A DNA stretch of 49,209 nt, from the NCBI GenBank assembly GCA_012862495.1, contig BLSG01000114.1, positions 176,688 to 225,896 on the forward strand, written 5' to 3'. The position numbers and the translations under genes are program-made. This DNA comes from Thraustochytrium aureum (lineage: Eukaryota). The notes under the pieces are model-generated. The model made no database searches, was not told the DNA's origin, and saw only the letters and a list, made by a program, of their open reading frames with translations. Below, one piece after another: positions 45,036 to 49,209 of this stretch (position 1 is the first letter of the stretch; the number at the start of each line of letters is the position of its first letter).

Positions 45036-46109
45036 TCACGCTAGAGGCACTATAAAGTCAATGCTGACCTGCCTCTCCTGTCTCGTGGCCTGTTGGCTTG
45101 CCGAAGAGTTGTCGTGTTCGACAGCAACCAGCTCTCGCTTTTCTTGCTCGACGCCTTGGTCAAGTGCTACAAACTGACAGCAACGCAGCGCTGACAAAGN
45201 NNNNNNNNNNNNNNNNNNNNNNNNNNNNNNNNNNNNNNNNNNNNNNNNNNNNNNNNNNNNNNNNNNNNNNNNNNNNNNNNNNNNNNNNNNNNNNNNNNNN
45301 NNNNNNNNNNNNNNNNNNNNNNNNNNNNNNNNNNNNNNNNNNNNNNNNNNNNNNNNNNNNNNNNNNNNNNNNNNNNNNNNNNNNNNNNNNNNNNNNNNNN
45401 NNNNNNNNNNNNNNNNNNNNNNNNNNNNNNNNNNNNNNNNNNNNNNNNNNNNNNNNNNNNNNNNNNNNNNNNNNNNNNNNNNNNNNNNNNNNNNNNNNNN
45501 NNNNNNNNNNNNNNNNNNNNNNNNNNNNNNNNNNNNNNNNNNNNNNNNNNNNNNNNNNNNNNNNNNNNNNNNNNNNNNNNNNNNNNNNNNNNNNNNNNNN
45601 NNNNNNNNNNNNNNNNNNNNNNNNNNNNNNNNNNNNNNNNNNNNNNNNNNNNNNNNNNNNNNNNNNNNNNNNNNNNNNNNNNNNNNNNNNNNNNNNNNNN
45701 NNNNNNNNNNNNNNNNNNNNNNNNNNNNNNNNNNNNNNNNNNNNNNNNNNNNNNNNNNNNNNNNNNNNNNNNNNNNNNNNNNNNNNNNNNNNNNNNNNNN
45801 NNNNNNNNNNNNNNNNNNNNNNNNNNNNNNNNNNNNNNNNNNNNNNNNNNNNNNNNNNNNNNNNNNNNNNNNNNNNNNNNNNNNNNNNNNNNNNNNNNNN
45901 NNNNNNNNNNNNNNNNNNNNNNNNNNNNNNNNNNNNNNNNNNNNNNNNNNNNNNNNNNNNNNNNNNNNNNNNNNNNNNNNNNNNNNNNNNNNCGCGTCGC
46001 GGACGCACACCGCAAGGAAGAACAAGAAGGGCGATTCTCTGACACCGTGGAGGTAGTCGAAGTGAACAGTGTTCGTGTGACTCGGGGTGGCTCGGAGCGC
46101 TGCTTGCAT
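45036..46109 (-). CDS. Possible hypothetical gene spanning the 45200-45992 gap
   Basis: Short open, protein-like frames on both sides of the gap. Most of the sequence is missing. Confidence 0.2.
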   Translation of the reverse strand: MQAALRATPSHTNTVHFDYLHGVRESPFLFFLAVCVRDAXXXXXXXXXXXXXXXXXXXXXXXXXXXXXXXXXXXXXXXXXXXXXXXXXXXXXXXXXXXXXXXXXXXXXXXXXXXXXXXXXXXXXXXXXXXXXXXXXXXXXXXXXXXXXXXXXXXXXXXXXXXXXXXXXXXXXXXXXXXXXXXXXXXXXXXXXXXXXXXXXXXXXXXXXXXXXXXXXXXXXXXXXXXXXXXXXXXXXXXXXXXXXXXXXXXXXXXXXXXXXXXXXXXXXXXXXXXXXXXXXXXXXXXXXXXXXXXXXXXXXXXXXLSALRCCQFVALDQGVEQEKRELVAVEHDNSSASQQATRQERQVSIDFIVPLA

Positions 46110-46200
46110 GGGCGTGGGCGCGCTGCGCGCCACGTGATTACCTATTGATGAGTGAGTGGCGAACGCAGTGGCGGCTTTTTTTTTTTCCCTTTTCCGTCAC

Positions 46201-46246
46201 GACGGCTGGTTGGATGCTGGATGGTCGACGGCTGGTTGGATGCTGG
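46201..46246. repeat. Direct repeat GACGGCTGGTTGGATGCTGG x2
   Basis: Identical 20-mers at 46201-46220 and 46227-46246. Confidence 0.85.
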
Positions 46247-46620
46247 TCTGCGGCAAGCCGGCCGGGTGCCGGATGGCTGCGAACTTGACCGCCCCTCCGT
46301 GCTCTGAAATCTCGCTCTCGATTCTCGACCAACTGATCAGATCGACCAACATCTTGATCAAGTTGTAGGTAGTAAAGCAAAGTCCAATACATTCATCCGT
46401 GTTTGTCACGCGCTCTCTGGCGAGAAGGTCGAAGACTAATCGTGATGCTCTGGGCCAGCCGACGGTTCGTGGCGCCACCGGAGGCGCACGCCGGAGCCGC
46501 ACGCAAGTACCTTCTCGTGGCTCGCCCTGGACGGTCAATTCCCCCGCCAGACTTTTGCCCTCAACGGAGCAGAGGCCAGGGCGACGAGGTCGCGATGCGT
46601 TCTGTGCCTCGTAGCGTCAA

Positions 46621-48585
46621 TCAAAGGGGGCAGAACGTCGCAATTTCCTCGGTGGCCGCCGCAAGTGTAGATATGTACTCGTGCCGGACACGGCGCCGCT
46701 CCTCAGCCGCCGCCCTAGAAGCGCGCGGCTGCGTGGTGCTGCTTGGCGGGCGCACGAGAGACCGCACCGTTGCCTCGAGGTCGTCGATGCCCATCGTGCG
46801 ACCCAAACCTGCCACGTATGAAAGCGACTTGTCACTGTAGTCCGCGCAGCCCGCGACGTAGTCCGCGCCAATCGCGGAGAGTTGGGCCAGCAGGCCTTGC
46901 GCGTTACTCTCGAGGACCTTCACCTCAAACCCCGACTTGCGGCCGCCTTGGAACGACCGGTTGTCAATCGTGCTCGCAACGATCTCAGCTGCAGGACGCA
47001 GGAGCAAAATCACCCGCAACTCGACGCCAGCCTCTTGCGCCAGAGACGCCAGAGTGAACAAATTGGGGCGTTGCAGATTCTTGCTGCCGCCACCAAAGTT
47101 TGGATAGCTCATCATGCCCGATTGGCTCGTGCAAGGCAGAGGGTCCAGCAGGTTGGCGACGAAGGGCGCGGTGCCAGAAGCGCGCCGCAGCTTCTTCAGC
47201 TCGTTCACTGCGTCGCTGCGAGCAGACTCGTACGCCACCATGTTCTTGGTGCTGTACCACAAGCTGTGGCTGCGGTACTGCCTGTAGAGGAGCGATTGGA
47301 GTTTGCAGGCAGGCTGCACCTTTCGATCGCGGATGAGGCGCTGGAAAACGGCGCGCCAAGGTGGTGGCCGGTGCCCTCGAGGCCGGCAATAAAGTACAGG
47401 ACGGGGCCCGAGGACCTATTCGTCGGGCTGTCCTCGGCCACCAGAGGCTCGCCAACCGAGAGCATTGGGGACGCCAGCGCGCCTCCACGGCCGACTTTGA
47501 GGAACTTTAGCAACTGGGACAGCGCGACGCGAGCCTCGCTCAGGTACGGCTTGACGCCTTCCAGCGCGCCAGGAGAGGTCTTTGCGGCCCTGCGTTCGAG
47601 AAACTCGTTCTTGCGCGCAGCAAGGGCCGCTTCGAGACCCTCGATGCCCGTCCACTCGTCGAGCGAGCTTGTCCAGCGCATCTTGTCAAAGTCTGCCCCG
47701 ACGACAAATCTTGGGACTTGCCCGGCCTGCGCATACAGTGCCTGCGCCTGAGCCTCGAGGAACTTGATAGAGGCAAGGGGGCGGTCGCTTCGTAGCCGGC
47801 TCACCCACTGCGCGATCGTTGCATCCACGTCCGAATGGCCCATCACAACAACACGCAAGTCGACGCGGTGCCGCTCCGCGAGCCTTGCCATCAGGTGCAG
47901 GTCAGGGTGGTTCGTCGAGCTGAGTTTAGTCTCTTCTGGCGGGTACGCCATCGAGTGATTCGAGGTGGTCCCAGGGCAGCCCCCCGGAGCCCCAAACGAG
48001 TTGACAATGTAGATTGTTCCAGATTCGCCGCGCTCGCCCTCGAGTCTGGCCACATTCTCCAGCTCCTCGCCTGCCGCGGCGACCTTTCTGTTAAACTCGT
48101 CGATGTCGAGCGTGTACCATAGCCGCGCGTCAGACAAGGCACAGAGTGTGCGGCATCGCGAGGGCCCAACGGGCTTGCAGAGGCTGGCGAGAGTCTCGGC
48201 CCACAGGTCGTGTCCGGTTGTGCGCAGTCCGGCGACGAAAAGCACGCGGGACTGGTCCCAGAACACGGTTTTGGCGACGACAGCCCGCTCGTTGGCGTCG
48301 AACCCGACGTGCTCGGCTTCGTACTCTCTGTTCACTAGGAGGTCCGAACTGTGGCGGAGCCCGGTATCCGGGGGTGCCTTGCGAGGAGGCCTGCACGCTG
48401 GACCGGGACACCGCCCACTGTGTCACGCCTGCGAGAAAGAGGACCGCTCCAAGCGCGGTCGCCTTGCGCAGTCCGGGCCGTCCGAGGTCTGCGGCAGCCG
48501 CCGAAACCACTTTGCCGTGCAGCGAGTCGCCAGCCGCGTGGCTGACGGCAGCGGCCAGTTCGTTCGTGCGCGCCGAGGTCCGCAT
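46621..48585 (-). CDS. Type II membrane protein with two tandem sulfotransferase-like domains; frameshifts at ~48350 and ~47340
   Basis: TM ALGAVLFLAGVTQWAV. Repeat 1: LFVAGLRTTGHDLW...SMAYP...HPDLHLMARLAE...DLRVVVM. Repeat 2: YFIAGLEGTGHHL...MSYP...RPNLFTLASLAQ...ELRVILLLRP. Confidence 0.65.
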
Positions 48586-49209
48586 GGCCCCGCCCCAAAA
48601 CGCGGGGGGACCAGCGGGCCAACTCCCGTCTCAAGCGCAAGGCCTCACCGCCGCCTCGTTCGCGTCTGCGGCTGCCTTGGCGCGTCCAATGCGCTCGAGG
48701 GCGCGCCGACTGTTTCACGTTGGGCAGGCAGGCAGGCAGGCAACGCAAACTGCAAACTCGCGTTTTCGGCTTGTCGACTCCATGCACGCCCTGGGACGAA
48801 TGGAGTAAAAAAGCAGGCCAAGTACCGCCGCGATGTTCGTCGTGAGGAAGTCACGAGACAGCCACGACTGGCGCATCGCTCGTCTGTGGTCCGCATTGCT
48901 CGAGCATGGGCGGCCGCGGCCTGGCCTGTCGCCCGTGCACAGGCTCGCAAGAAGTTGGCGCTCCTGATTGTGCACATGTGTAGGTAGGTAGGTTGTTCAA
49001 CGTTGGCGATGCACGAGTGTTGCGGTCAAAGGCCAACTTCGGGCTGAAGGACGATGGTGCTGCGCGGACGGAAGCGGCGGAAGGCGTGGCGCGGGAGTGG
49101 TGGCAAGGGAAACGAGCGGATGATGCAGCTGGCGGGTTTGCCGGCTTTGATTCGTTTTCGAGAAAAAGCCAAGTGCCGCCCATGTGAAAGCGCTCGGCGA
49201 GCTAAGCGG

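Overview
This is a gene-dense, GC-rich, apparently intron-poor eukaryotic scaffold. The gene content and style suggest a stramenopile such as a labyrinthulomycete, but that is inference only. It has eight N-gaps (1087-1263, 3746-4409, 9169-9405, 21504-21691, 24198-24913, 27019-27201, 37938-38414, 45200-45992) and many single-base frameshifts that look like sequencing error. Host genes in order: Myb factor, ASH2L/Bre2-like SPRY protein, CAMK-type kinase, a hypothetical protein, LpqC/PHB-depolymerase-like esterase, ferlin, ICME-like hydrolase, exosome RRP43, soluble fumarate reductase, membrane-anchored heme peroxidase, TerD-C2 fusion, ABCA transporter, cathepsin B-like protease, O-fucosyltransferase-like protein and a tandem sulfotransferase-like protein. 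The standout is a ~4.3 kb lower-GC DNA transposon (about 38886-43180) with imperfect TIRs and palindromic subterminal repeats. Its single intact ~1300-aa ORF is a piggyBac-like DDD transposase with a YqaJ/lambda-exonuclease domain inserted between catalytic D2 and D3, plus three zinc-finger modules.
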